The notes under the pieces are model-generated. The model searched no databases. It worked only from the letters and a program-made list of their open reading frames with translations, and was not told the origin of the DNA. Positions 28,183 to 37,996 of a stretch of DNA of 64,000 nucleotides are shown one piece after another (within the stretch, counting starts at the first letter, position 1; every line of letters begins with the position of its first letter). The stretch is from Bacteriovoracaceae bacterium (lineage in GTDB: Bacteria > Bdellovibrionota > Bacteriovoracia > Bacteriovoracales > Bacteriovoracaceae): NCBI GenBank assembly GCA_965217035.1, contig OZ244226.1:186001-250000 (forward strand), given 5' to 3'. Both the position numbers and the translations under genes were made by a program.

Positions 28183-29766
28183 ATGGTTCAAGGATTGAAA
28201 TTAACTTCATTTATAGCTCTTTTCTTCTTACTAACATCTTGTGCCATCCAACCCATTAAGACCGATGAACCGGTCATAAATCATATCGACCAAATTCAAA
28301 AAGTTGAAGAACATAGTGGCTTAACTCTTGAAGCCGAAGAAAAATCTCTAACCGTTGACCTCGATACTATTGAATCTGAAGTGGAACAAAATGCCATCGA
28401 AGCTGATGTTATTCAAACAGAGCTTGCGGCGGTTAACACTCACGTTCCAGAAACTCATAAAAAATTCAAAAGAACACCTTTTCTCACTTATAACGAAAAC
28501 TCAAAACGTGTTTCGGCTTGGATTAAATACTTTACTAAAGATGACAAGAAGAGATTCCAAAGATTTATTAACCGAGGGACCCCTTATAAGAGAGATATAG
28601 AATCAATCCTACACTCTAACGACCTCCCAATTGATCTCTATTATGTAGGTCTGATTGAAAGTGGATATAACCTCAAGGCCAGAAGCAGAGCAGCTGCAGT
28701 TGGACCATGGCAATTTGTCCGATCTGCCGCTAAAGATTATGGATTAAAAAGAACATCTCTTATGGATGAAAGGTACGATCTTTTTAAAGCAACTAAAGCA
28801 GCAGCGCTTTATTTTAAAGATCTTTATAATATTTTTGGTTCTTGGGAGCTTGCTCTTAGTGCTTATAATGCTGGACCTAGTAGAATCATTTATATGATCC
28901 GAAAAGAGAATACGCGTGACTTTGCTAAACTCTCTCATTCCAGAAGATTCCCAAAAGAAACGGCTAACTATATTCCTAAAGTTGTAGCCGTTATGAAGAT
29001 TCTTGATAACCCAAGGAAGTATGGATTCATTATTCCAAGAACACCAAGTCGATTCGCCAATACAAAGAAGATGAGACTTCGTTATTCTCAGTCTTTAAGC
29101 TATCTCGCGAAGCAACTTAATTTGAGTGTGAATCAAATCAAACGTTTAAACCCAGAACTTCTAGGAAACAGGACTCCCTTTATTAAAAAAGGTCCTTACT
29201 ATTTAAGAATCCCTGCTTCAACTTACCAATCAAAAGCAAAAACAATTGCTTCACTTTACAATCATAGAGGAACAAGACCTTATGCAGGCAATAGCACTTC
29301 TCTTGCTGGCCATACTCATAAAGTGAGACGAGGTGAAAATCTTTCAATCATTGCTAAGAAGTATGGAATCTCTTTAAGAACTCTTAAAAGGCTTAATAAT
29401 CTTCATAAAAGCCATATCTATGCAGGCCAGAAGCTAAAAGTGAGAAATACTCGCTCTTCTCGTCGCTCAGTTGCCTCTAAGAAAATTCATAAGGTTCGTC
29501 GGGGTGAAAACCTTTCAGTGATCGCTAAGAAATATGGAATGAGTGTCCGTGGAATCAAGAGACTCAACAATCTTAAATCTTCAGCCGTTTGGACAGGACA
29601 AAAATTAAAAGTTCAATCAAACTCTAAAAATGTCTATATTGTAAAACGTGGAGATAATCTCAATCGAATTGCCAGTAGATTTGGAAAATCAATCAAGCGT
29701 TTGATGGCCAAAAACTCGTTAAAGAGTTCAAAGATTTTTCCAGGACAGAAACTTGTCATTCGATAA
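28183..29766 (+). CDS. mltD: Lipoprotein lytic transglycosylase with 3 LysM domains (MltD family)
   Basis: LLTSC lipobox; IESGY..A.S.A.AVGPWQF, AYNAG, ETANYIPK; HKVRRGENLS LysM repeats. Confidence 0.88.
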   Translation: MVQGLKLTSFIALFFLLTSCAIQPIKTDEPVINHIDQIQKVEEHSGLTLEAEEKSLTVDLDTIESEVEQNAIEADVIQTELAAVNTHVPETHKKFKRTPFLTYNENSKRVSAWIKYFTKDDKKRFQRFINRGTPYKRDIESILHSNDLPIDLYYVGLIESGYNLKARSRAAAVGPWQFVRSAAKDYGLKRTSLMDERYDLFKATKAAALYFKDLYNIFGSWELALSAYNAGPSRIIYMIRKENTRDFAKLSHSRRFPKETANYIPKVVAVMKILDNPRKYGFIIPRTPSRFANTKKMRLRYSQSLSYLAKQLNLSVNQIKRLNPELLGNRTPFIKKGPYYLRIPASTYQSKAKTIASLYNHRGTRPYAGNSTSLAGHTHKVRRGENLSIIAKKYGISLRTLKRLNNLHKSHIYAGQKLKVRNTRSSRRSVASKKIHKVRRGENLSVIAKKYGMSVRGIKRLNNLKSSAVWTGQKLKVQSNSKNVYIVKRGDNLNRIASRFGKSIKRLMAKNSLKSSKIFPGQKLVIR

Positions 29767-30007
29767 GTATTCTAGAAACTATGTGGTAAAACACACCTAT
29801 CAGCCAAGCGCAACTAGAGCTTGACCAATTTTTCTTTTCCTCAATAATTCTTACAGTATCAATTATGACTAAACTGTAAAAAGTTCACAAAGCTGTCTAA
29901 AAAACATCCAGTTTCAATAGTCAATTGTAATAAATATTAAGCCTAATAAACTCAGTCTTCTTACATGATAACCTGATACGGTATTGATAACATATCGGAG
30001 ACCAAAA

Positions 30008-31057
30008 ATGAGTAAATTCATCTCATCAGTTTTAGTATTTTTAATGTCTATTGGAAGCCTGTTTTCTCAGGTTAATCAGACTCAATCAAAAGAAGAAGTT
30101 GTTAACCAAGAGGTTCTTAAAGCCTCTGCAAACCTTATGATCTTTTCTTCTGCTTTAACAGCAAAAGGATGGAGTCTCTCAACTGTTTCTGATGAAATAA
30201 AAAGAGAAGCCTTAGCAAAAAGAATGGGACTTGCAGTTGGATCTTACTCTACAAAAACTTTATTTTATGAGTCACTTATTTACACTGATGATAGTTCCAT
30301 GTCTTTATCAGCGCCAACACCAACTCTTGACTTGATCTTATCTTCAATGGAAACAATCGATAATTTTCTAATGCAAGTTGGTAATGGAAGTCTTGAAAGT
30401 ATCGCTAGCTTCGAAGGTGCAGTTGAGTCGTCTATCTATGCTGTCCAAAATCCTATCAACTACCTTGCTGAATTAAATGTTGTTGCTGAAACGATTGTTG
30501 GAATTTCTGTTTTTGCTTCTTTAATCGCAAGTTCTGCAGCATCTTCATACCTCTTAGTCAGAAGTTCAGAAAATCAAATTCTTGATCACGAACAAATTGC
30601 TAAAATCTTAGGTTACAATAAGAACGTTGAAGAAAGAATTTCGAAGGCTGTTGATTCACTTGCTACTGTTTATGGTTTCAGCTCTGAAGAAAAAGCAAAA
30701 GTCAAAGAAGCCATTTCGACAGATCTCATTATTGCTTTCAGAAAGTCTGAAGGGAAACAAGAAAATTTTAAGTTCAACGCACTTGATTCAATTGAAAAGC
30801 TTAACATCCTGGATACTGAAACAATTACTTCAGCACGAGCACTTTCACGTTTAGCTTCTGGAGAAAATAGCCTTCCAACGAAAGTTGATAATAAGTCACT
30901 TCAAAAGAATATCACGACGCTAAATAACCTTCTTGCGATTCTTGATATTCAAGCGAAAAATGAAAAAATCGACGCTGAGACAAAAAAAGAAATTCAAAAA
31001 AGAATTAAATTTGCTGAAGATAAAATCGAATTTGCAAAACTTGTTTTAAAAAAATAA
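30008..31057 (+). CDS. Secreted helical hypothetical protein
   Basis: Signal peptide MSKFISSVLVFL..., GGAG RBS. Confidence 0.65.
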   Translation: MSKFISSVLVFLMSIGSLFSQVNQTQSKEEVVNQEVLKASANLMIFSSALTAKGWSLSTVSDEIKREALAKRMGLAVGSYSTKTLFYESLIYTDDSSMSLSAPTPTLDLILSSMETIDNFLMQVGNGSLESIASFEGAVESSIYAVQNPINYLAELNVVAETIVGISVFASLIASSAASSYLLVRSSENQILDHEQIAKILGYNKNVEERISKAVDSLATVYGFSSEEKAKVKEAISTDLIIAFRKSEGKQENFKFNALDSIEKLNILDTETITSARALSRLASGENSLPTKVDNKSLQKNITTLNNLLAILDIQAKNEKIDAETKKEIQKRIKFAEDKIEFAKLVLKK

Positions 31058-31077
31058 TCAGACCTAAAGTCGGTAGC

Positions 31078-32787
31078 TTACTTAGCTAAGCTATCGGCTT
31101 TTTTCAATAACTTCTCTTTTTCAGATCTAAGAAATTCCAACTTAAAATTATTCAAAACAAAGTCTTTATAGGTAATATCAGCTGACTCTAGTTGTTGATC
31201 AAGATCATCGATTTTACGATTAAACTCTTTTTCTAAGACGTTCTTATACTCTTCAGCGTCTTTTTTCGATTGAACGTTATTGAGAGCTTTTCTCAAAACA
31301 TCTAAAACAGGATCCTCATAAGTGATATTCTCTATATCTTTCTCAAGCTCTTTTACAAACTCAACAACTTCTGGATCATATTTCTGAATTTCATCTTTGG
31401 ACTTTGTAGCTTCAATATAGACTCTTTGAGGATAGTGCATATAAGCAAGATGAATAAAAATGTTTGATTCAATTATTGAGAAGTAAGCATTTCTCCATAT
31501 TTGAGTTTTAGTTGATTCATGATTTTCTTGTGTTATTAACTTGATCTCTTTAACTCTTTCATCTCCGAGAGACTTGGCCATAGAGAAATACATAAGGACT
31601 TGCCCTGGTGAAGCATCAATAAGAGCAGGAACACCAATAGAAGTTTTCTCTTTCAGCGCTTTTACCGCCATCGTGGCACAATCGTTTATAAAAGTTCTAT
31701 TATGATAACGCTTCCCCGTTTGATTTCTTAAATATCTTCTCAACTTATCTCTCTCTGATTTTTCAAGCTCAATTGTCACAACATGAACAGAACGAGGCAA
31801 TTTATCAAGACCACTAAGTTCATAAAGCTTCGAAGCGACTCCTCCAAAACTTTTCTCCACTCGCGCACTCGATCCAAGATCCTCATCAGTTTGCTCATCT
31901 CCTGAACCTTGATCTCCTACCAAATCTTGAAGTTCTCCAGCGAGCATGTATTGAGAAACTGGAGTTGCTGTCATATGACTCACTCCATAGCTAAAAACCG
32001 TTTCTCCTATTCGAAGAGCAAGATGAGGAAAAGGAACAGTGTCTGAGATAATTTGAATCTGATTGTCCGCAAGTCTTGATTCAAGAAAACTATTCACATC
32101 AGAAGCTTGTTTCTCATTAGAGAGTTCATGATAGAGTAAAAAAGCTCCTCCGGCGGCACCAATTGACTTAAGGATATTAACTCCAGCATCAAGTCCTCTT
32201 CTCGCACGAACGAGTCTTCTATTTTTCCGAATACTTTTTTCAAGTTTTCTATAAAGATCCAAAACCTTTTGTTCTTTAAGATGCAAAAGCTCATCGGCTG
32301 TAAGTTTATAATCAGGATTACGCCAAATCTTTTTAAAAATGATTGAACTTTTCTGCCAACGAATTCTTGAAAGTCCAGGAACAGGAGAAAAAAGATGTAA
32401 AAGCGGCATCATGAAATTTTCAGCAATATTATTTAGTGATTGGAGAGTTCTTCTAGTAACATACTGAAGATTCGGCTGAGCTAAAGCTGGTCTCACTACT
32501 CTTGTGTTGACTGTAGGATAACCTATAAAAAATCGAAACTTTTCTTCAGGATTAATTTTTTCGATTAATGCCTTGATCGCAGACGATATTTTCTGTATTG
32601 GTCGCGTTGCCTTTTTATAATCCTCTGCATCTTCTTTGGTAATGTTTTTGGCATCATAAGGAGCTTCGAGCGCTATATTGAGGTCGTATTTTCTTTCGTT
32701 AACTGTGTCCTTACAGATATTTCCTGAGAAAGCAGAGTTAGTTAAAAATATGACTAAAAGCCATTGAGAGAAAAAGGTTTTCATCAC
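31078..32787 (-). CDS. Secreted/membrane protein with permuted papain-like His...Cys motifs
   Basis: Signal peptide; PFPHLALRIG..VFSYG and YHNRTFINDCAT. Confidence 0.55.
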   Translation of the reverse strand: MMKTFFSQWLLVIFLTNSAFSGNICKDTVNERKYDLNIALEAPYDAKNITKEDAEDYKKATRPIQKISSAIKALIEKINPEEKFRFFIGYPTVNTRVVRPALAQPNLQYVTRRTLQSLNNIAENFMMPLLHLFSPVPGLSRIRWQKSSIIFKKIWRNPDYKLTADELLHLKEQKVLDLYRKLEKSIRKNRRLVRARRGLDAGVNILKSIGAAGGAFLLYHELSNEKQASDVNSFLESRLADNQIQIISDTVPFPHLALRIGETVFSYGVSHMTATPVSQYMLAGELQDLVGDQGSGDEQTDEDLGSSARVEKSFGGVASKLYELSGLDKLPRSVHVVTIELEKSERDKLRRYLRNQTGKRYHNRTFINDCATMAVKALKEKTSIGVPALIDASPGQVLMYFSMAKSLGDERVKEIKLITQENHESTKTQIWRNAYFSIIESNIFIHLAYMHYPQRVYIEATKSKDEIQKYDPEVVEFVKELEKDIENITYEDPVLDVLRKALNNVQSKKDAEEYKNVLEKEFNRKIDDLDQQLESADITYKDFVLNNFKLEFLRSEKEKLLKKADSLAK

Positions 32788-32792
32788 TTAAC

Positions 32793-32819
32793 TTATCGGT
32801 TTTTAAGAACTTTGATTGA
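32793..32819 (-). promoter_or_regulatory. sigma28-like promoter abutting the start codon
   Basis: Minus strand TCAA-N15-ACCGATAA; -10 ends 5-8 nt before GTG/ATG. Confidence 0.5.
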
Positions 32820-32907
32820 GAAATCAGCCAATATCCGACCTAAATGCCAGGCCAAAGTTGTGATCATTTCAACTTCACAAAAAATGCTGAACTGGTTAGG
32901 CTTAGTT

Positions 32908-33306
32908 ATGATGAAAATAGCCCTACTTCTCTGCATTCTTTCCCTCCCTCTTTATCCTGGACAGAACTCTAGACGAGCGACTGATGCTGCCATTCAAATG
33001 GCAGTTAAACTACTCACAGACTTTGGAGATTCTGCAATAGTGGGAGATGAGAAGATTCTTGATGATATGATTGCTGGTAGTTGCGCTTATAAAGGTGGAG
33101 TTTGTAATGGAGCAAAAGTCACGCTATTCAAGAATCAGAAAGTTTTTAAAATCCTTACTCTCACATCGCAAGGTCTATTTAAGTTCCCTAATTTAAAAAG
33201 AGCGAATTATAAGGTTAAGGTTGAATTTCCAAAATACAAACTCAACAAAGAATCTAAAGTTTTGAGAGGTCAGTTTGTTCAGATCTTATTACAAGACAAA
33301 AAATAA
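32908..33306 (+). CDS. Secreted protein, carboxypeptidase-regulatory/prealbumin-like beta domain
   Basis: Signal peptide; GAKVTL...T...GLFKF.NL....YKVKV pattern. Confidence 0.55.
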   Translation: MMKIALLLCILSLPLYPGQNSRRATDAAIQMAVKLLTDFGDSAIVGDEKILDDMIAGSCAYKGGVCNGAKVTLFKNQKVFKILTLTSQGLFKFPNLKRANYKVKVEFPKYKLNKESKVLRGQFVQILLQDKK

Positions 33307-33319
33307 TGACCTCGATATT

Positions 33320-33447
33320 TTTTTAGAAAGATTTCGCTCGAGAACAAGGAGAATGCGCTCTTCTCTTGAGGAAGCATATGCCTTGATATGTGACTGAAAG
33401 AAAGAGTGCATTCGACACAGTTATCGAGATGAAATCTGCCCTAAAAA
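33320..33447. repeat. 128-nt imperfect palindrome (rod-like structure), candidate ncRNA or MITE/REPIN-like element
   Basis: Nested complementary blocks TTTTTAG/CTAAAAA, AGATTTC/GAAATCT, CTCGA/TCGAG, GAATGCGCTCTT/AAGAGTGCATTC, CATAT/ATATG all centred near 33383. Confidence 0.7.
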
Positions 33448-33984
33448 CTAGAAAGTGTTCTTAAACATCATCGACTCCATCGGAATCGTATTCTTCTTCG
33501 TATATTTCGCATTTGCTTTTGATGTGTATGGCGTAAGAATTTCTCCATCAACATTGAAAAAGATCAACTGCCCTATTGGCATTCCAGCGTAAACTCGAAC
33601 AGGTTGTTTCACAGAAATTTCAAGTGTCCAATAGTTGCAGAATCCAACATCCCCTTTCCCGGCCGTGGCATGAATATCAATTCCAAGTCGTCCCACGGAA
33701 GATTTTCCTTCCAGAAACGGAACATGTTTGTGAGTCTCAGTATATTCTGCAGTCACACCGAGATAAAATTTATCGGGGGTCAGTACGTAACCTTCTTCAG
33801 GAATTTCAAAAGTCTCAATCTCGTTATGAGTTCTAGCATCTAGTATTTCATTTTTATAAAGTGCGAGAGTCTTTCCTAGATGGACGTCATAACTATTACA
33901 ACCTAAGCATTTTTTGTTGAATGGCTCCACAACAATGTCTTTTGTCTCAATGAACTTTAAAATTTCGTTATCACTTAGTATCAT
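33448..33984 (-). CDS. dcd: dCTP deaminase
   Basis: MILSD, NSYDVHLG, EGKSSVGRLG, TAGKGDVGF, WTLEI, GQLIF. Confidence 0.93.
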   Translation of the reverse strand: MILSDNEILKFIETKDIVVEPFNKKCLGCNSYDVHLGKTLALYKNEILDARTHNEIETFEIPEEGYVLTPDKFYLGVTAEYTETHKHVPFLEGKSSVGRLGIDIHATAGKGDVGFCNYWTLEISVKQPVRVYAGMPIGQLIFFNVDGEILTPYTSKANAKYTKKNTIPMESMMFKNTF

Positions 33985-34024
33985 AAATGCTCCCTGGTTA
34001 AACCTAGAGTAAAGGATTCCGAGT

Positions 34025-34780
34025 GTGAGTGACAAGTATTTAGTGGTGATGCGAGGACTAGTTAGAGAACGAGGCCATTGGGGATCCTATCTCGAACAGC
34101 TTCAAGCTGAACTTCCAGAACATAAAATCATTGCTCCTAATATCCCAGGTACAGGCGATCTTTATAAACTCCCCTCTGAAACCTCAATTGAAGCGACCTT
34201 TGAATACGTCAGAAAGAGTATTAAGGAACAGATTCCGGAAGACACCAAAGTAGATCTCGTTGCTATCTCTCTTGGGGGGATGGTTGCAACAGCTTGGATT
34301 CAAAAATACCCCGAAGACTTTAATCGAATTGTTCTTATGAATACCAGTTATCGAGGACTTACCCCTTTTTATAAAAGAATGGCGGCTTCAACCTTTTTAA
34401 AACTTTTGAAAACACGTTTTGTGAAATCGAACCAAGAGCGCGAAGAAATGATTTATAGCATTGTCAGCAATTCTGAACCCGACGAAGCTTTAATTTCCCA
34501 TTGGGTAGAACTCGCTAACAAACATCCCGTTTCAACTCCGAATGCAATCAAACAACTTTCTGCTGCCTCAGTCTATAAACCTGATCTTAATAAAAAACCA
34601 GATTTACCAATTCTCTTGCTTGCAGGAGAAAAAGATAAGCTTTGCTGGGTTGGATGCTCTCACGCTATTTCTAAGCATTGGGGATTCCCTCTTAAGATTC
34701 ATCCTCAGGCCGGTCATGAAATCCATCATGATGCTACAGAATGGGTTTTCGATCATATCAAAAACTGGCTTAATCAATGA
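34025..34780 (+). CDS. Alpha/beta hydrolase
   Basis: RGLVRERGHWG, AISLGG nucleophile elbow, D, AGHE. Confidence 0.85.
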   Translation: MSDKYLVVMRGLVRERGHWGSYLEQLQAELPEHKIIAPNIPGTGDLYKLPSETSIEATFEYVRKSIKEQIPEDTKVDLVAISLGGMVATAWIQKYPEDFNRIVLMNTSYRGLTPFYKRMAASTFLKLLKTRFVKSNQEREEMIYSIVSNSEPDEALISHWVELANKHPVSTPNAIKQLSAASVYKPDLNKKPDLPILLLAGEKDKLCWVGCSHAISKHWGFPLKIHPQAGHEIHHDATEWVFDHIKNWLNQ

Positions 34781-35412
34781 ATAAGTCTGCTCCCCCTAGA
34801 CATCAATGGGTCTTAACCGAGGACGGTAGCTACACTCTGTACTCTGAGACTTATGATGAGAATTGCCACTCAACTGCTGGAGCTTTAGGAGAAACAAAAA
34901 ATTATTTTATCGATGAAATAGGACTGGCTCAAGCAGTCTCTAACTCAATTCATATCAATGTTTTTGAAACAGGCTTTGGACTAGGTCTTAATTTTTTAGA
35001 AACTATAAAACTCTTTAAAGACTCTCCTTGCCAACTTCATTATGTTAGTACAGAAATTGATAAAGAACTCGTTGATTGGTTCTTTAAGAATCATGATGAA
35101 AACAAAGCTTCTAATATCACTTATGAAATTCTTGTCGGAGACGCCCGAGAAACTCTTCCTCAATGGAAAGAAAAAAACCGGGATAAGAGATTTGATTATA
35201 TTTTTCAAGACGCTTTTTCTCCTAAAAAAAATCCGACACTTTGGGAAAAAGAATGGTTCGAATTACTCGGCTCCGTTTCGAAGGGTACAACTCTTATTAC
35301 TTATAGTGCCTCTCATAATGTGAGAAAAGCCCTTGCAGAATCAGGCTGGAAAATTGAAAATATAAAAGGATACGGTCAAAAAAGATCAGCAACAAAGGCC
35401 TTTTATGAATAA
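34777..35412 (+). CDS. mnmD: MnmC methyltransferase-domain protein (MnmD-like)
   Basis: TEDGSYTL...HS, ETGFGLGLN, FQDAFSPKKNPTLW, TYSA, GQKR. Confidence 0.85.
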   Translation: MNKSAPPRHQWVLTEDGSYTLYSETYDENCHSTAGALGETKNYFIDEIGLAQAVSNSIHINVFETGFGLGLNFLETIKLFKDSPCQLHYVSTEIDKELVDWFFKNHDENKASNITYEILVGDARETLPQWKEKNRDKRFDYIFQDAFSPKKNPTLWEKEWFELLGSVSKGTTLITYSASHNVRKALAESGWKIENIKGYGQKRSATKAFYE

Positions 35413-36343
35413 AGCCAAAATTCAAAGATTTTGTCATTTTTTTGAACTGGATCTTCCTATTATTCAAGCAGGAATGGTGTGGGTCTCAGGAGCCAAACTT
35501 GCGAGCGCTTGTGCTAATGAGGGAATCATGGGAACCATAGGTGCAGGTTCAATGAAGCTTGATCTACTTCAATCGCAAATTGAAAAGGCTTTTAAACTTA
35601 CCAAACCAGAACATCATTCAAAACTTGCCGTAAACTTTCCTCTTCTCTATGGGGAAGTTGATAAGCAAATCAAAATCGCTCTTGATGCTGGAATAAAAAA
35701 CTTTGTCACCTCCGCAGGTTCTCCGAAAAAGTTTACGAAACTTTTAAAAAATGAAGGGCGTCGAGTGATTCATGTTACGAGTTCAGCGTTACTTGCAAAA
35801 AAATGTGAGGATGCAGGAGTCGATGCTATTGTTGCTGAAGGTTTCGAAGCTGGAGGCCATAATGGTCGAGATGAAACAACAACGATGGTTCTTATTCCAG
35901 AAGTCGTTGACGCAGTCTCTATACCGGTGATCGCAGCAGGAGGAGTTTCAGATCCAAGACAAGTTCTTGCGGCCCATGCTTTGGGAGCAGACGCTGTTCA
36001 GATCGGATCACGCTTTGCTATCACGAAAGAATCAAGCGCTCACAAGGAATTCAAACAAAGAGTTATCTCTGCTGGTCCAGGAGAAACAAAACTCCAGATG
36101 AAATCAACTGTCCCGGTTCGAATGTTAAAGAATAAATTTTCTGATGAGATTCTAGCAATGGAGTTAAAAGGAGCAACGCCAGAAGAGCTCATCCAACATC
36201 TTGGCAAAGGTCGAGCGAAGGCCGGTATTCTTGATGGCGATCTTTCAGAGGGTGAGCTCGAAATTGGACAAGTTTCGGGAATAATCAATCAAACTTTAAG
36301 TTGCTCAGAGCTTATCTCTCAATATAAACAGCTCTACAATTAA
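35405..36343 (+). CDS. FabK / nitronate monooxygenase family flavoprotein
   Basis: PIIQAGM, EGFEAGGH, IPVIAAGG, GADAVQIGSRF. Confidence 0.85.
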   Translation: MNKAKIQRFCHFFELDLPIIQAGMVWVSGAKLASACANEGIMGTIGAGSMKLDLLQSQIEKAFKLTKPEHHSKLAVNFPLLYGEVDKQIKIALDAGIKNFVTSAGSPKKFTKLLKNEGRRVIHVTSSALLAKKCEDAGVDAIVAEGFEAGGHNGRDETTTMVLIPEVVDAVSIPVIAAGGVSDPRQVLAAHALGADAVQIGSRFAITKESSAHKEFKQRVISAGPGETKLQMKSTVPVRMLKNKFSDEILAMELKGATPEELIQHLGKGRAKAGILDGDLSEGELEIGQVSGIINQTLSCSELISQYKQLYN

Positions 36344-36440
36344 AATAGTGCTCTTTCTTTTTTACAATTTTTCGTCTCAACTAAATCCTGTGTGGTATGA
36401 CCTCCTTCATAAAAAATGATCGTTACGAGGAGAAAATAAG

Positions 36441-36872
36441 ATGAGAGGTTTACTATTTCTTTTACTTATTTTTGATAATTCTTTTGCTTTTTCAGAAACA
36501 CCTTTGACGACTTTCCAAAAGGGCTTTAATTATGCTGATTGTCCGGACATTGCTGAAATACAAGAAACAAAATCATCAGCTGCTCGCTATTTTAATGATC
36601 TTGTAGAAACATCATTTTCTGATGTGAACGATCCTTATGTTAGTTATGTTTGGGAATCTAAAAAAGTTGTTGAGTCTTTATTAACAGATATCAGTAGTTA
36701 TTGTAATAGACCTCAATTTGCTGAGAATGCCCTCACTTCAATGCTTAAAAACTTTGACCAAATTCAAGGGATGCTTGTTAGAATCCGTGACACTAGTGAT
36801 GATGATTCAACCACTTATTATACAATTGTCATGAAAGACGGAACTTATACTTCGATTTATTTTAGTAATTAA
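36441..36872 (+). CDS. Secreted hypothetical protein
   Basis: GAGGAG RBS, signal peptide. Confidence 0.65.
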   Translation: MRGLLFLLLIFDNSFAFSETPLTTFQKGFNYADCPDIAEIQETKSSAARYFNDLVETSFSDVNDPYVSYVWESKKVVESLLTDISSYCNRPQFAENALTSMLKNFDQIQGMLVRIRDTSDDDSTTYYTIVMKDGTYTSIYFSN

Positions 36873-36886
36873 GCCTTAGATATCAC

Positions 36887-36915
36887 AATTATCGGGAGCT
36901 TAGACTCCGATAATT
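36887..36915 (+). terminator. Hairpin downstream of the 36441 gene
   Basis: AATTATCGGGAG...CTCCGATAATT inverted repeat. Confidence 0.5.
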
Positions 36916-36987
36916 TCTATTTAGCCAACCTTGACTTGAACCAATTCGACATTAACTTATAAGAGTATCTATCTTTAAGGAGGCTCA

Positions 36988-37890
36988 ATGTTTACTTGGA
37001 TTAAGCGAATGGCGTTTTTTCTCGTCACAAACTTTCTCATCATTCTAACGATTGGAATCATTATGCGAGTAACAGGTCTCGACCTGTACTTACAAGAACA
37101 TGGAGGCACCTATGGTGGACTCATGGTTTTCTGTTTTCTCTTCGGGATGATCGGATCTTTCATTAGTTTATGGATGAGTAAATGGGCAGCTAAAAGAGCT
37201 TACGGTGTTCAAATCCTCGACCAAAATGATCCTGAGTGGGGACCGTTCGTGAACCGCGTTCATAATCTTGCAAAAAGTGCCGGACTTTCGACAATGCCTG
37301 AAGTTGGTGTTTATCAAAGCCCAGAATTGAATGCCTTTGCAACAGGCCCGTCTAAAAATAATTCTCTTGTCGCTGTTTCGACAGGTCTTTTGAATCGAAT
37401 GAACGAGAATGAAGTTGAAGGTGTGCTTGCCCATGAAGTTGCTCACATCGCTAACGGAGACATGGTAACGATGACGCTCATCCAAGGTGTGGTCAATGCT
37501 TTTGTTATGTTCCTCGCAAATATTATCACGAATATTATTGCTCAAGCGCTTCGAGGTGATCGAGAATCTCGAGGAAGTTTTATGGGGAACTATTTCATTT
37601 ATATGATTGTTCAATCCATCATTGGTCTTTTTGGAATGATGGTCGTCGCAACCTTTTCCCGGTGGAGAGAATTCCGAGCTGACAAAGGCGGGGCCAAATT
37701 AGCTGGAACTGGAAATATGATCGCTGCACTTCAGGCACTTCAGAGAAATATTGGAATTCAAGACCCAGTACCTGACAAAGGTCGTTCACTTAATAGTCTC
37801 AAAATCTCAACTCAGGGTGGAATTATGAGCTTTCTTAGTACACACCCCCCACTTGAAAAAAGAATTAAAGCATTAGAACAATCCTATTAG
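36988..37890 (+). CDS. htpX: Membrane zinc protease HtpX
   Basis: NAFATG, VAVSTGLL, HEVAHIANGDM, SRWREFRAD, STHPPL. Confidence 0.95.
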   Translation: MFTWIKRMAFFLVTNFLIILTIGIIMRVTGLDLYLQEHGGTYGGLMVFCFLFGMIGSFISLWMSKWAAKRAYGVQILDQNDPEWGPFVNRVHNLAKSAGLSTMPEVGVYQSPELNAFATGPSKNNSLVAVSTGLLNRMNENEVEGVLAHEVAHIANGDMVTMTLIQGVVNAFVMFLANIITNIIAQALRGDRESRGSFMGNYFIYMIVQSIIGLFGMMVVATFSRWREFRADKGGAKLAGTGNMIAALQALQRNIGIQDPVPDKGRSLNSLKISTQGGIMSFLSTHPPLEKRIKALEQSY

Positions 37891-37909
37891 ATGGGGGCAT
37901 AATACCCCG

Positions 37910-37938
37910 TTGTCCAGATTTCTTACCCGTCATAAAAT
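37910..37938 (+). promoter_or_regulatory. sigma70-like promoter upstream of the fecR-barrel-cyclase operon
   Basis: TTGTCC-N17-TAAAAT. Confidence 0.45.
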
Positions 37939-37951
37939 ATATATTGTAAAG

Positions 37952-37977
37952 AAGGCTCCAGGATCGGAGCCTTTTTT
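37952..37977 (+). terminator. Intrinsic terminator
   Basis: AAGGCTCC-aggatc-GGAGCCTT followed by TTTT. Confidence 0.7.
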
Positions 37978-37996
37978 CACTTTAAGGAAGAAACTC

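Noticed and set aside
29875..29889. CRP-like site TGTAA-N5-TCACA
   Set aside because: Spacer is 5 rather than 6 and one half-site is imperfect
33320..33447. SRP RNA or hammerhead ribozyme call for the palindrome (contains AGGAAGCA and CTGA)
   Set aside because: Lacks the SRP TCAGG-GNRA arrangement and the CUGANGA/GAAA core; kept only as an unassigned structure
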